This document shows, one piece after another, positions 30,964-39,314 of a stretch of DNA of 64,000 nt. The notes below the pieces were generated by a model, which worked only from the letters and a program-made list of their open reading frames with translations, did not search any database and had not been told where the DNA came from. The DNA is from an uncultured Candidatus Competibacteraceae bacterium (GTDB lineage: Bacteria > Pseudomonadota > Gammaproteobacteria > Competibacterales > Competibacteraceae). The stretch is from contig CAYRGG010000006.1 in NCBI GenBank assembly GCA_964423745.1, forward strand, positions 16,406 to 80,405. The letters run 5' to 3'. Made by a program: the position numbers and the translations under genes. Position 1 is the first letter of the stretch. Each line of letters starts with the position of its first letter.

Positions 30964-31035
30964 GACTTGATAGCTCAGTTGGTAGAGCGATGGATATCAC
31001 TCCATTTGGCGCAGGTTCAACTCCTGCTCAAGTAC
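30964..31035 (+). ncRNA. tRNA-like element. The D-arm and T-arm are canonical, but the anticodon loop is non-canonical at 6 nt, the terminal acceptor pair is mismatched, and no CCA is encoded. It could be a Y-RNA-like tRNA mimic or a tRNA pseudogene.
   Basis: D-arm GCTC-AGTTGGTA-GAGC. T-arm GCAGG-TTCAACT-CCTGC. 6/7 acceptor pairs. Anticodon stem ATGGA/TCCAT with loop TATCAC. Confidence 0.4.
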
Positions 31036-31409
31036 AAAAAACCGAACTTTTAATTCGGCATGGTAAAGGTCATTGACCTGGGGTTCGACTCCCCTTGTCG
31101 TCATAAACGACACCCTTATAACAAGGGCTTCGGCCCACAGCCAGTGGGAATAGCCGGGCGCAGTTGGCCCGGACCAGTACCACCAAACACCGGTCGGCAG
31201 CGTTACTGTCCACAGGATTAGCTTCAGACGAAGGCCAACCTGATGAGTGACCGGCCCAGGAGGCGCTAAGCAAGTGATCCAAACACCTAGTCCAAGATTA
31301 GGTCAGGAGCGCTTATCTAGTAGCTAGGGTCTGTCACCTTGAGGGTCCGCTCAATCTACACTGATTTTGCAACGGTATCCCCCGACCGGTACTTTATGAG
31401 GAAATAATA

Positions 31410-32591
31410 ATGTTTGGTATAAAAAGAATTTTGGTGGCGGATAACGAGCGTGTTGTGTTGTTTAAAAATCGCCGCTTTGCACAAGTGTTAACACCTGGCG
31501 AATACACACTGGTTGATCTGAAGAACCGTATGGAAACGGTTACCTTTAACCTGGATTTGGTAGAAGTGGTAGACAGCAAACTGGACTGGTTGCTGCAACA
31601 GCCCAGCTTTGCCAGATTGGTGGATTGCTACCAGCTTAATCGTGAAGAAATAGCGATCTTATACCAGCGAAACGAGATGGTGCGTTTGGTGGAACCCGGT
31701 GAGCGTTTGGTGGTATGGAGAGATGCGGCTGATGCCCGGGTCGAAGTAATCCCAGTGGCAGAGCTGACCCCAGTGCAAGATCCACTGCTGTCGCAACTGC
31801 AGAAAAAAGGTTGGGAACGCTCGGCAAAAGGCTATAGGTTAGTGAGTGTTTCAGTACCGGCACAGCAGGTAGCGCTGTTGTTTGATAACGGTAACTATGT
31901 AAAAACCTTGCCGTCGGGTCGGTATGGTTACTGGAACTACAACCGGGATGTCTCGTTGGATCTGTATGACTTAAAACTACAAACCACCGAGGTCAGTGGC
32001 CAGGAGATTCTGACCAAGGATCGGGTGAGCCTGCGGGTTAACCTGAGTGCCAGCTATAAGATCAGCGATGTGGTGCTGGCCGCCGAATCGGTCAACAACC
32101 TGAGCGATTATATCTATCGGCAGCTACAGTTGGCGCTGCGAGAAGTGATTGGCACCCGTTCACTGGATGAGTTACTGGCGGATAAAAACGTAGTCAGCGC
32201 TGTGGTGCAGAAACAAAGTCAGACCCGTTTGGCGGATGTGGGTGTGTCGCTGATGGCTGTGGGTGTCCGGGATATCATCCTGCCCGGTGAGATGAAGGAT
32301 ATTCTCAATCAGGTGGTGCAGGCCCAGAAGGCGGCGGAAGCCAACGTCATTAAGCGACGGGAAGAGACTGCCGCGACCCGTTCGCTACAGAACACCGCGA
32401 AGTTTATGGAGGGTAATCCTACCCTGCTGCGGTTGAAGGAATTGGAGACATTGGAAAAAGTGGCGGAGCGGATCGACCGTATCACCGTCGTGGGTGGTTT
32501 GGATCAGGTGCTCAACAATATGGTGACCATTAATCCAACAGGTAACAATAGTGGTGCGTCGTCAAACGTCACCAAAATAGATAACGGTTAA
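31410..32591 (+). CDS. SPFH/band-7 (slipin/flotillin-like) domain protein with an N-terminal extension.
   Basis: 393 aa. The SPFH core starts around residue 155. The C-terminal coiled region is rich in Q/A/E. Confidence 0.6.
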   Translation: MFGIKRILVADNERVVLFKNRRFAQVLTPGEYTLVDLKNRMETVTFNLDLVEVVDSKLDWLLQQPSFARLVDCYQLNREEIAILYQRNEMVRLVEPGERLVVWRDAADARVEVIPVAELTPVQDPLLSQLQKKGWERSAKGYRLVSVSVPAQQVALLFDNGNYVKTLPSGRYGYWNYNRDVSLDLYDLKLQTTEVSGQEILTKDRVSLRVNLSASYKISDVVLAAESVNNLSDYIYRQLQLALREVIGTRSLDELLADKNVVSAVVQKQSQTRLADVGVSLMAVGVRDIILPGEMKDILNQVVQAQKAAEANVIKRREETAATRSLQNTAKFMEGNPTLLRLKELETLEKVAERIDRITVVGGLDQVLNNMVTINPTGNNSGASSNVTKIDNG

Positions 32592-32607
32592 ACCGATATA
32601 AGCAACT

Positions 32608-32643
32608 AATCAGCAGGTCCCCATGGGCCTGCTGATTTTTTTT
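32608..32643 (+). terminator. Rho-independent terminator of the SPFH gene.
   Basis: ATCAGCAGG...CCTGCTGAT hairpin followed by T8. Confidence 0.6.
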
Positions 32644-32846
32644 GCCCCAAGAGTCTCGAAAGGTACGGAAGATCTCGACGTACCCACCAAAGCAGTAAAA
32701 GGGAACAACACACTGGAAAAGAGGCCGCCGACCCTCTAACCCCACTAATACAGAAAGCCATATCTAAGTATGATAAATTACTGAGCTAATTTCCACTTCA
32801 ACGCAGACTAACCTCACCGGTTAGCTTAGCCGCTAGAGATCAATTC

Positions 32847-33320
32847 ATGGCTCAGTATATTGCAGAAGTCCTGTGGCTCCGCGGCGAGCAGGAATTTTTT
32901 AGCAACCGCTACAGTAGGCGGCATTTACTTCGTTTTGATGGAGGCATCGAGATTGTCGGTTCCTCCTCTCCACAGGTTGTCCCGGTCCCCCTATCTGATC
33001 CGTCAGCGGTTGATCCAGAGGAAGCCTTTGTTGCCTCTCTGTCGAGCTGCCACATGCTTTGGTTTCTTTCCATTGCAGCAAGTCAAAAATTTTGCGTTGA
33101 TCGCTACTTCGATGCAGCCATAGGCGTCATGGCGAAAAATGCCCAGGGAAAGATGGCAATGACCTTGGTTACACTAAGACCAGAGGTGCAGTTTTCCAGC
33201 AACCCTACACCCACCTGCGAGCAGATAGAGCAAATGCACCATGCAGCCCATGAGGCATGCTTCATTGCCAACTCAGTAAAAACCGAAGTGCGCTGTGAGC
33301 CAGTGTATCTCGTTCGCTGA
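32847..33320 (+). CDS. OsmC/Ohr-family peroxiredoxin-like protein.
   Basis: 157 aa with two conserved Cys contexts (SSCHMLWF and EACF). Confidence 0.55.
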   Translation: MAQYIAEVLWLRGEQEFFSNRYSRRHLLRFDGGIEIVGSSSPQVVPVPLSDPSAVDPEEAFVASLSSCHMLWFLSIAASQKFCVDRYFDAAIGVMAKNAQGKMAMTLVTLRPEVQFSSNPTPTCEQIEQMHHAAHEACFIANSVKTEVRCEPVYLVR

Positions 33321-33415
33321 CCATTTACTGGTTAAGCGTTGAAGATAGCAACCTTTATATTAACCCAGGTTTTGCTGTTACCCCTCTCAACCATTTCATA
33401 TTTAAATCAAGAAAA

Positions 33416-34330
33416 ATGAATCCAGAACAAGTTCCGCAATCTTTCAATCAAGTGCTAATGTCTATACGGGATACCCTGTTGCAGATTTGGGCCGATTTCG
33501 TCGAGCGTATGCCGTTTATTGCAGCAGGGTTAGTGATTTTGCTAATTACCTGGCTAGTGGTAGCTATGACTGTGCAGGTTATCACCAGCACCTTACGCCG
33601 TTCGCAAATTCGCGGGTCTTTGCGGGAACTGATCCTCAGGCTTATCAGTATCAGCATCTGGATTGTTGGCATCATGACAGCCGCTATCATCATTTTTCCA
33701 GGACTGACGCCTGCAAAGGCGTTAGGCGCGATGGGTGTTATCTCCATTGCGGTGGGTTTTGCGTTTAAAGATATTTTTGAAAACTTCTTTGCTGGGATTT
33801 TATTGCTTTGGCGTTTTCCTTTCGAGCGAGGAGACTTTATCGAGTGTGAGGGTATTGAAGGCCGTGTGGAAGATGTCACGGTGCGCATGACGCAGATCCG
33901 TAAGGTATCCGGGGAGTTAATGGTCGTACCTAACTCATTCTTATTTATGAATCCAGTCAAGGTGCTGACCAACCTCAACCGCCGCCGGGTGACGATTATC
34001 GCTGGCGTAGCCTACGGTGAGCAGGTAACTCAGGCTGTTGATGTCATCGAGAAAGCTGTCCAGCAGTGCGACACCGTGCGTCAAGACCAGCCGGTAGAGA
34101 TTTTCCCACAAGGGTTTGGCAACAGCAGCATCGATATTGAAGTGACCTGGTGGACTGGCCCGCAACCGGTGGACATACGTCGCTCCCGAGGCGAGGTGGT
34201 CACTGCAATTAAATGGGCCCTAGACGAGGCTGGTATCGAGATTCCATTCCCTTATCGTACCTTGACTTTTAAAGAGCCTCTGGAGACGCGGGTTATGTCG
34301 GCGAAGAAACTCAAGTCCGTTGGTGAGTGA
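33416..34330 (+). CDS. MscS-family mechanosensitive channel.
   Basis: TM helices followed by the conserved MscS beta domain. 304 aa. Confidence 0.75.
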   Translation: MNPEQVPQSFNQVLMSIRDTLLQIWADFVERMPFIAAGLVILLITWLVVAMTVQVITSTLRRSQIRGSLRELILRLISISIWIVGIMTAAIIIFPGLTPAKALGAMGVISIAVGFAFKDIFENFFAGILLLWRFPFERGDFIECEGIEGRVEDVTVRMTQIRKVSGELMVVPNSFLFMNPVKVLTNLNRRRVTIIAGVAYGEQVTQAVDVIEKAVQQCDTVRQDQPVEIFPQGFGNSSIDIEVTWWTGPQPVDIRRSRGEVVTAIKWALDEAGIEIPFPYRTLTFKEPLETRVMSAKKLKSVGE

Positions 34331-34423
34331 TTTCCACGTTTTATTCGTCTCGGAAAAACTTAAAACCTAGAATACATTGAAAGATTAAAGTCCCATAGAA
34401 GTTAGTAAAGATACTGAGAAACA

Positions 34424-35122
34424 ATGCAATACCTTACAGGTCAGTTTAAGCTTTATCTGCTAATACTTGCTTTCTTTAATGTTGCCTGTGGAAACACACA
34501 GCCACAGTTAGCGGTCGACTCCATCGCCCATGAGCCCTATTACCAGAGCCCTGTGCTATTAACCCTTGCATGGCGTCTGCCTGTCGCGGCAATGTATAAA
34601 GACGATTTTGAGTATCAGATAAATGCCGCTTTCTGTGGACCCGCCACTGTTGTCAGTGTGTTTGGATCGTTAGGAGTGAAACCGGAACATACTCAAAGTA
34701 GCCTGTTTGAGAAAGCCGATGTCGGCTATTGGAAAGCTCGTATTATGGGGTTAACGCTTGATGAGATGACAGAGCTGATGAAAGCGAATTCAAACCTTGC
34801 TATCATTGCTCACCGGAATCTGTTAGAAACCCAATTTCGCAGCTATTTACGCAAAACAAATAATCCAAACTATCGTCTTGTTATCAATTTTCATCGAGAA
34901 CCGCTATTCGGCGTTGATATAGGGCATTTTTCCCCCATCGGCGGCTATCTGGAAAAGCAGGATCTGGTTTTCGTGCTCGACGTTTTGGAGGATTATCAGC
35001 CTTTCTTAGTGCCAGCCGATCGATTATTCGAGGCCATGGATACCATCGATGGATCCACGGGGCAGAAACGAGGTCTAATTTTAGTGCAGGCAGTGGCTAA
35101 TAATGAGCTAATAACTCCATGA
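34424..35122 (+). CDS. Phytochelatin-synthase-like (C83/papain-fold) cysteine peptidase, secreted or lipoprotein half-size bacterial type.
   Basis: AFCGPATV catalytic Cys context, GHFSPIGGY catalytic His context, and a signal peptide with an N-terminal VACG lipobox-like motif. Confidence 0.6.
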   Translation: MQYLTGQFKLYLLILAFFNVACGNTQPQLAVDSIAHEPYYQSPVLLTLAWRLPVAAMYKDDFEYQINAAFCGPATVVSVFGSLGVKPEHTQSSLFEKADVGYWKARIMGLTLDEMTELMKANSNLAIIAHRNLLETQFRSYLRKTNNPNYRLVINFHREPLFGVDIGHFSPIGGYLEKQDLVFVLDVLEDYQPFLVPADRLFEAMDTIDGSTGQKRGLILVQAVANNELITP

Positions 35123-36099
35123 CCGACGATTACGATAGTCCCTGGAAGGATGTGCTAGAGCGTTACTTTCAGGCATTTATAGCTTTTTGCTTTCCCCAAG
35201 CTCATGACGAGATCAATTGGGTGAGAGGCTACGAAAGCCTCGATACCGAATTGCAGCAAATCGTGCGGGATGCAGACAGCGGTCGCCGTTTAGCCGATAA
35301 ACTGATGAAGGTTTGGCGCTGCGATGGGCAAGAACAAATTGTTTTGATCCACATCGAAGTGCAAGGCGAGCCGGACTCCAAGTTCACTGAACGGATGTTT
35401 ATCTATCACTACCGGCTTTATGATCGTTATCGTCAGCCCATTGTTAGTATAGCTGTGTTGGGGGACGATCAATCCAACTGGCGACCCGAGCAGTATCAAA
35501 CGGAGCTTTGGGGGTGCCAAACGCGCTTACGTTTTCCAGTGGTGAAGCTTATGGATTACACAGCAAATTGGCAGGTTTTAGAAAATAGCGCCAATCCCTT
35601 CGCCACCCTAATCATGGCGCACCTTAAAACCAAAGCTACCCGGCATGATCCATCCGGTCGCTTGGTTTGGAAACTACGATTAGTAAAACGACTTTACGAA
35701 AAAGGTTATAACCGCGAAGATGTATTAGAAATGTTTCGGTTTATTGACTGGTTGCTGGCGCTGCCGCCAGAATTAGAACAGCAATTTACTGTACAGTTGA
35801 GTGACTATGAGGCTGCCATGAGTACACCATATATCACTAGCATAGAGCGACTAGGTATTGAGAAAGGCCGTCAGCAGGGACTTGAGCAGGGACTTGAGCA
35901 GGGACTTGAGCAGGGTATATTGCAAGGCGAACGTCAGTTGTTGGTACGCCAAGCTCGGCTGCGTTTTGGAGATGCTGTAGCAGAAGCTTTGGGAAAAAAG
36001 ATCGAACCAATCAATGACCCAGAGCGATTAGCTGACATCGGGGTGTGGATTATCGAGTGCGAATCCGGTGAGGCGCTGTTGACGCGGTTAAAAAGGTAG
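35119..36099 (+). CDS. Rpn-family / DUF4351 PD-(D/E)XK recombination-promoting nuclease (putative transposase-like).
   Basis: N-terminus DSPWKDVLERYFQAFIAFCFPQ is the family start motif. C-terminal GLEQGLEQGLEQG repeats. ATGA overlap with the upstream gene. Confidence 0.5.
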   Translation: MTDDYDSPWKDVLERYFQAFIAFCFPQAHDEINWVRGYESLDTELQQIVRDADSGRRLADKLMKVWRCDGQEQIVLIHIEVQGEPDSKFTERMFIYHYRLYDRYRQPIVSIAVLGDDQSNWRPEQYQTELWGCQTRLRFPVVKLMDYTANWQVLENSANPFATLIMAHLKTKATRHDPSGRLVWKLRLVKRLYEKGYNREDVLEMFRFIDWLLALPPELEQQFTVQLSDYEAAMSTPYITSIERLGIEKGRQQGLEQGLEQGLEQGILQGERQLLVRQARLRFGDAVAEALGKKIEPINDPERLADIGVWIIECESGEALLTRLKR

Positions 36100-36309
36100 G
36101 ATGCCCAAAAGTTGCAAAACTCTTTTATTGTCTAAGAAATTTTGTATTGTGGTTTACGCTGCTTGTAGAACCAGAGAAATAAAAAAAATAACTGGCAGTA
36201 CCAATAGTTTAACTTTGCAAATACTACGTGAAATCCGCGATTTACATAATATTGGCTGGACTTAAAAAACTATACTGAAGATAAGTTTTTACCAAAAAGA
36301 GATTGAACA

Positions 36310-36738
36310 ATGAGCAGTTTCTATGAGGCAGATTTTTATGCCTGGGCCTATGATCAAGCGGCGAAAGTGCGAGCAGGGCATTTCACGGAGATCGACAGTA
36401 TCAATATTGCCGAGGAACTAGAAAGTTTGGGTAAATCGCAAAAAAAAGAATTAGTTAGCCGGTTGACTGTGTTATTAGCCCACTTGTTGAAATGGCAGTA
36501 TCAGCCGGACAAAAAAACGTTGAGCTGGCAATTAACAATTGAAGAACAGCGTGACAAGTTAGAACAACATTTGCAAGAAAATCCAAGCTTAAAGGCCACT
36601 TTGACGCAGTCAATTGATAGTGCTTATCGAAGCGCCGTCCGATGGGCCAGAGAGGAAACCGAACTGGACAAAGAAACCTTCCCGGTCCAGTGCCCTTATT
36701 CGTGGGAACAAATCAGCGACAACCATTTTTATCCATAA
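36310..36738 (+). CDS. DUF29 domain protein.
   Basis: N-terminus FYEADFYAWAYDQAAKVRAGHF...IDSINIAEELESLG is the DUF29 start. Confidence 0.6.
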   Translation: MSSFYEADFYAWAYDQAAKVRAGHFTEIDSINIAEELESLGKSQKKELVSRLTVLLAHLLKWQYQPDKKTLSWQLTIEEQRDKLEQHLQENPSLKATLTQSIDSAYRSAVRWAREETELDKETFPVQCPYSWEQISDNHFYP

Positions 36739-36796
36739 TTCTTTTAATGATTGGCAATTCAAAATGCGGCATCAGCGTAAACCCTGAAACCAGCAA

Positions 36797-36888
36797 CTCA
36801 TAATTCTTTATAGGGATGAATAACGAAGCCAAGGAGCACGGAAAGCGAATGAGATACAGCCTCATAACCCCTTATAGGGATGAATACC
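36797..36888 (-). CRISPR. Two degenerate leader-distal CRISPR repeats (36797-36824 and 36861-36888) with one 36 nt spacer. A 317 bp insert separates them from the main array.
   Basis: ctcataattctttatagggatgaataac and ctcataaccccttatagggatgaatacc, compared with the consensus ctcataaccccttatagggatgaataac. Confidence 0.6.
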
Positions 36889-36971
36889 TAATATACTATA
36901 GGTATAGTTTGAGATCGCGGCAAATAGTTGCAAGGGGCTTGGCCCGACCTAGTAAACGACAGAGACAAACG

Positions 36972-37193
36972 ATGACAGACAATACTGAAAATCTTGCACT
37001 AGAACATTTACGCGCTATTCGTGGCGAGTTGGCAGATATGAAAAACCGTATTACACATCTTGAAATGCAGGTGAGCGCCATGGGACAACAGTTATCGGGT
37101 CTTACTACGGCGGTTTACGCAAGTAACAGTCAAGATTTGTCGATGCAACAACAAAGAGACAGAATTAATCGCCGCTTAGAGCTTCAAGATTAA
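36972..37193 (+). CDS. Hypothetical 73 aa coiled-coil protein encoded inside the 317 bp insert within the CRISPR array.
   Basis: The ORF MTDNTENLALEHLRAIRGELADMKNRITHLEMQ... has heptad-like composition. The longer ORF-track start at 36816 runs into a CRISPR repeat and is rejected. Confidence 0.25.
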   Translation: MTDNTENLALEHLRAIRGELADMKNRITHLEMQVSAMGQQLSGLTTAVYASNSQDLSMQQQRDRINRRLELQD

Positions 37194-37205
37194 TCTTAAA
37201 CCCAT

Positions 37206-37873
37206 CTCATAATTCCTTATAGGGATAAATAACTAAAAGATCATTACCGATAGCAAGGCTTTCAATGTACTCATAACCCCTTATAGGGATAAATAACTTT
37301 TGGATGTACATGGAAGCAACCTATCCTCACAAGTCTCATAACCCCTTATAGGGATGAATAACCACCTCGCCAATCACGCCCGTGCCCTGCTCGCTGCCAC
37401 TCATAACCCCTTATAGGGATGAATAACCGTATCGAGGATGCAGCTGATAGCCACGATCAGCGCCTCATAACTCCTTATAGAAATGAATAACATTTTTTTT
37501 GTAGCCATAGCAACCATATTCTCAATCTCATAACCCCTTATAGGGATGAATAACCAGCTGCCAGTAGGGAACAGCCTCATTAGGATTCAGCCTCATAACC
37601 CCTTATAGGGATGAATAACATGGGAATATGCGCCGCCAAGGCATGGGGAGTCATCTCATAACCCCTTATAGGGATGAATAACTATCTCGACCTGGATGGC
37701 GATAAACCATTTATCGGCCTCATAACCCCTTATAGGGATGAATAACATGGGAATATGGGCCGCCAAGGCATGGGGAATCAGCTCATAACCCCTTATAGGG
37801 ATGAATAACTGATAAGCTGATTTAGAAGACAAGCATAATTTTCCTCTCATAACCCCTTATAGGGATGAATAAC
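37206..37873 (-). CRISPR. CRISPR array: 11 contiguous copies of a 28 bp repeat with 35-37 nt spacers. The leader is at the 37874-38009 side, so transcription is on the minus strand.
   Basis: Repeat starts at 37206, 37270, 37335, 37400, 37464, 37527, 37592, 37655, 37719, 37782 and 37846. The cas2-proximal repeats are perfect and the distal ones degenerate. Confidence 0.9.
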
Positions 37874-38009
37874 CCCCCAATTATGGCAAAAAAATGACTT
37901 TAGGAAAGCCATGGAATAGCAAAAAACACCTTGAAATAATATAAAAAGCACTTCAAGCCCCTATAACGAATACTTCACAGTAAATCGAAGTAAGTACAGA
38001 ATAAAAAAA

Positions 38010-38312
38010 TCACAAAACACCGAAGTCTCGCCGATGATCATCTATTGGCTGGCGTTGTACTTCACCTTTGCCCGATTCGTTTTTTTCTAGGTGAATCACT
38101 TCAATGTTGTGGCGGTTTGCAGCGGTAATTTCGGTCAACCGATCACCAGGAATCATCAATCGGCTTAACTCCCGGCGTAATTGAATAGCACTAGCCTCTG
38201 TAATGTCTCCGCAAAATACAGAGTACTGATCGTGATTCAAATACCTCTGCAGCAATTTCTTGAACTTCTGAGTACGTTTTGCCTCTACATCGTAAGTCAT
38301 TAACATATACAT
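38010..38312 (-). CDS. cas2: Cas2.
   Basis: About 100 aa. MLMTYDV...YSVF pattern. It is the last gene before the leader and array. Confidence 0.7.
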   Translation of the reverse strand: MYMLMTYDVEAKRTQKFKKLLQRYLNHDQYSVFCGDITEASAIQLRRELSRLMIPGDRLTEITAANRHNIEVIHLEKNESGKGEVQRQPIDDHRRDFGVL

Positions 38313-38330
38313 TAAATTGAACTCTGCAAA

Positions 38331-39306
38331 CTAAACTTTGCGTTTAAAAGATTCATACTCAGCGATACCCAACAAGTGACGCTCAAGAGCTAAAGCCTCC
38401 CGATACACCCATTCTCTAAAGCTACGGCCTTGATACTTCTCTTCTAAACGAATTGAAAATTGTTCCGCTACATGGCGGCGTCCTGTGTCACTAAGCAGGC
38501 ATACTCCATCGTGTTGCTCCAACCAGTTATCCGCTAGCATATTACGACCTGCCATTCGGAAAATCAGATTATCTCCCAGCACAGGTTTGAAGGGTTCGGC
38601 TAGATCCAAACTTAGCGACGAGCGGCCATTACCGGGGCTGTGCAATAGACTAAAGGTTTCCTCTAAATGTGTTTTGAAAAGCTCATGGCGGCATATCGTG
38701 TAAACCAACTGGTTTAAGAACGACAGCAGACAGTTGATGGGATTGTTAGGCGGACGGCGTACCCGGGGTCCAAAAGCCAATAGGGGATTAGTGAATTTCC
38801 AGGCATCGTAATACCACTGATGTAAATTACCCTCTATGCCCATGAGCATTGCGGTATCTTTTGCTTTGTGAAGGCTCTTCAACAACCGTTGCATCTCAGT
38901 AATCGGTTTTTTTAATTTTTCATTTTTCATTGCCTCTATAGCGGTAATAGAGCAGATTAACGCACATATTATGGCCAGCTCCGCGCACAATTTCTCTGGC
39001 CAAGGCCATACGCTGCCGGTGGTCCAGCAGTGCCTGTGCCTGTATCAGCTTCACTCGTCCGGAAGGGTTACTAGCAACGGGTTCGAAAACGCCTTTGCAA
39101 TAACCATAGTAATCAAATACCGATAACCGCACACCATGCTTACCACACAGGCTCAGTAGCCGGGTGTTGAGATCACTTTCGCCTAGCAGCACCAAATGGC
39201 CAATCTTCTCAATAGGGAGGGCACGGGTACGGCCGCCGGTAGTGAGCATCAGCGTGTTTTCCCGGCGCCGCAAATGTGCCTCCCGGGAGACAAATAACGT
39301 TTCCAT
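38331..39306 (-). pseudogene. cas1: Cas1 interrupted by a frameshift. The N-terminal ORF is 38920-39306 and the C-terminal ORF is 38331-38990.
   Basis: The N-terminal beta-domain and C-terminal alpha-domain (RRPPNNPINCLLSF, DLAEPFKPVLGD) lie in different frames. The combined length of about 325 aa is typical for Cas1. Confidence 0.7.
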
Positions 39307-39314
39307 TCTTTTCC

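Noticed and set aside
31240-31247. CTGATGAG, the hammerhead-ribozyme core motif.
   Set aside because: No downstream GAAA element and no three-stem arrangement. It is likely a chance occurrence.
31350-31372. Second sigma-54-like element near TACAC-N5-TTGCA, just upstream of the SPFH gene.
   Set aside because: It lacks the essential GG of the -24 box.
31037-31390. Possible tmRNA (ssrA) or permuted tmRNA, because of T-arm-like hairpins and a sequence resembling ...AAACGAC... tag-coding start.
   Set aside because: Conceptual translation of the candidate tag frame does not end in an ALAA-type tag. No acceptor pairing with a 5' end and no CCA were found. A tRNA-mimic or leader RNA is the better fit.
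36816-36971. ORF-track start at 36816 for the in-array small protein.
   Set aside because: The extension begins inside a CRISPR repeat and reads through repeat sequence. Only the 36972 ATG is plausible.
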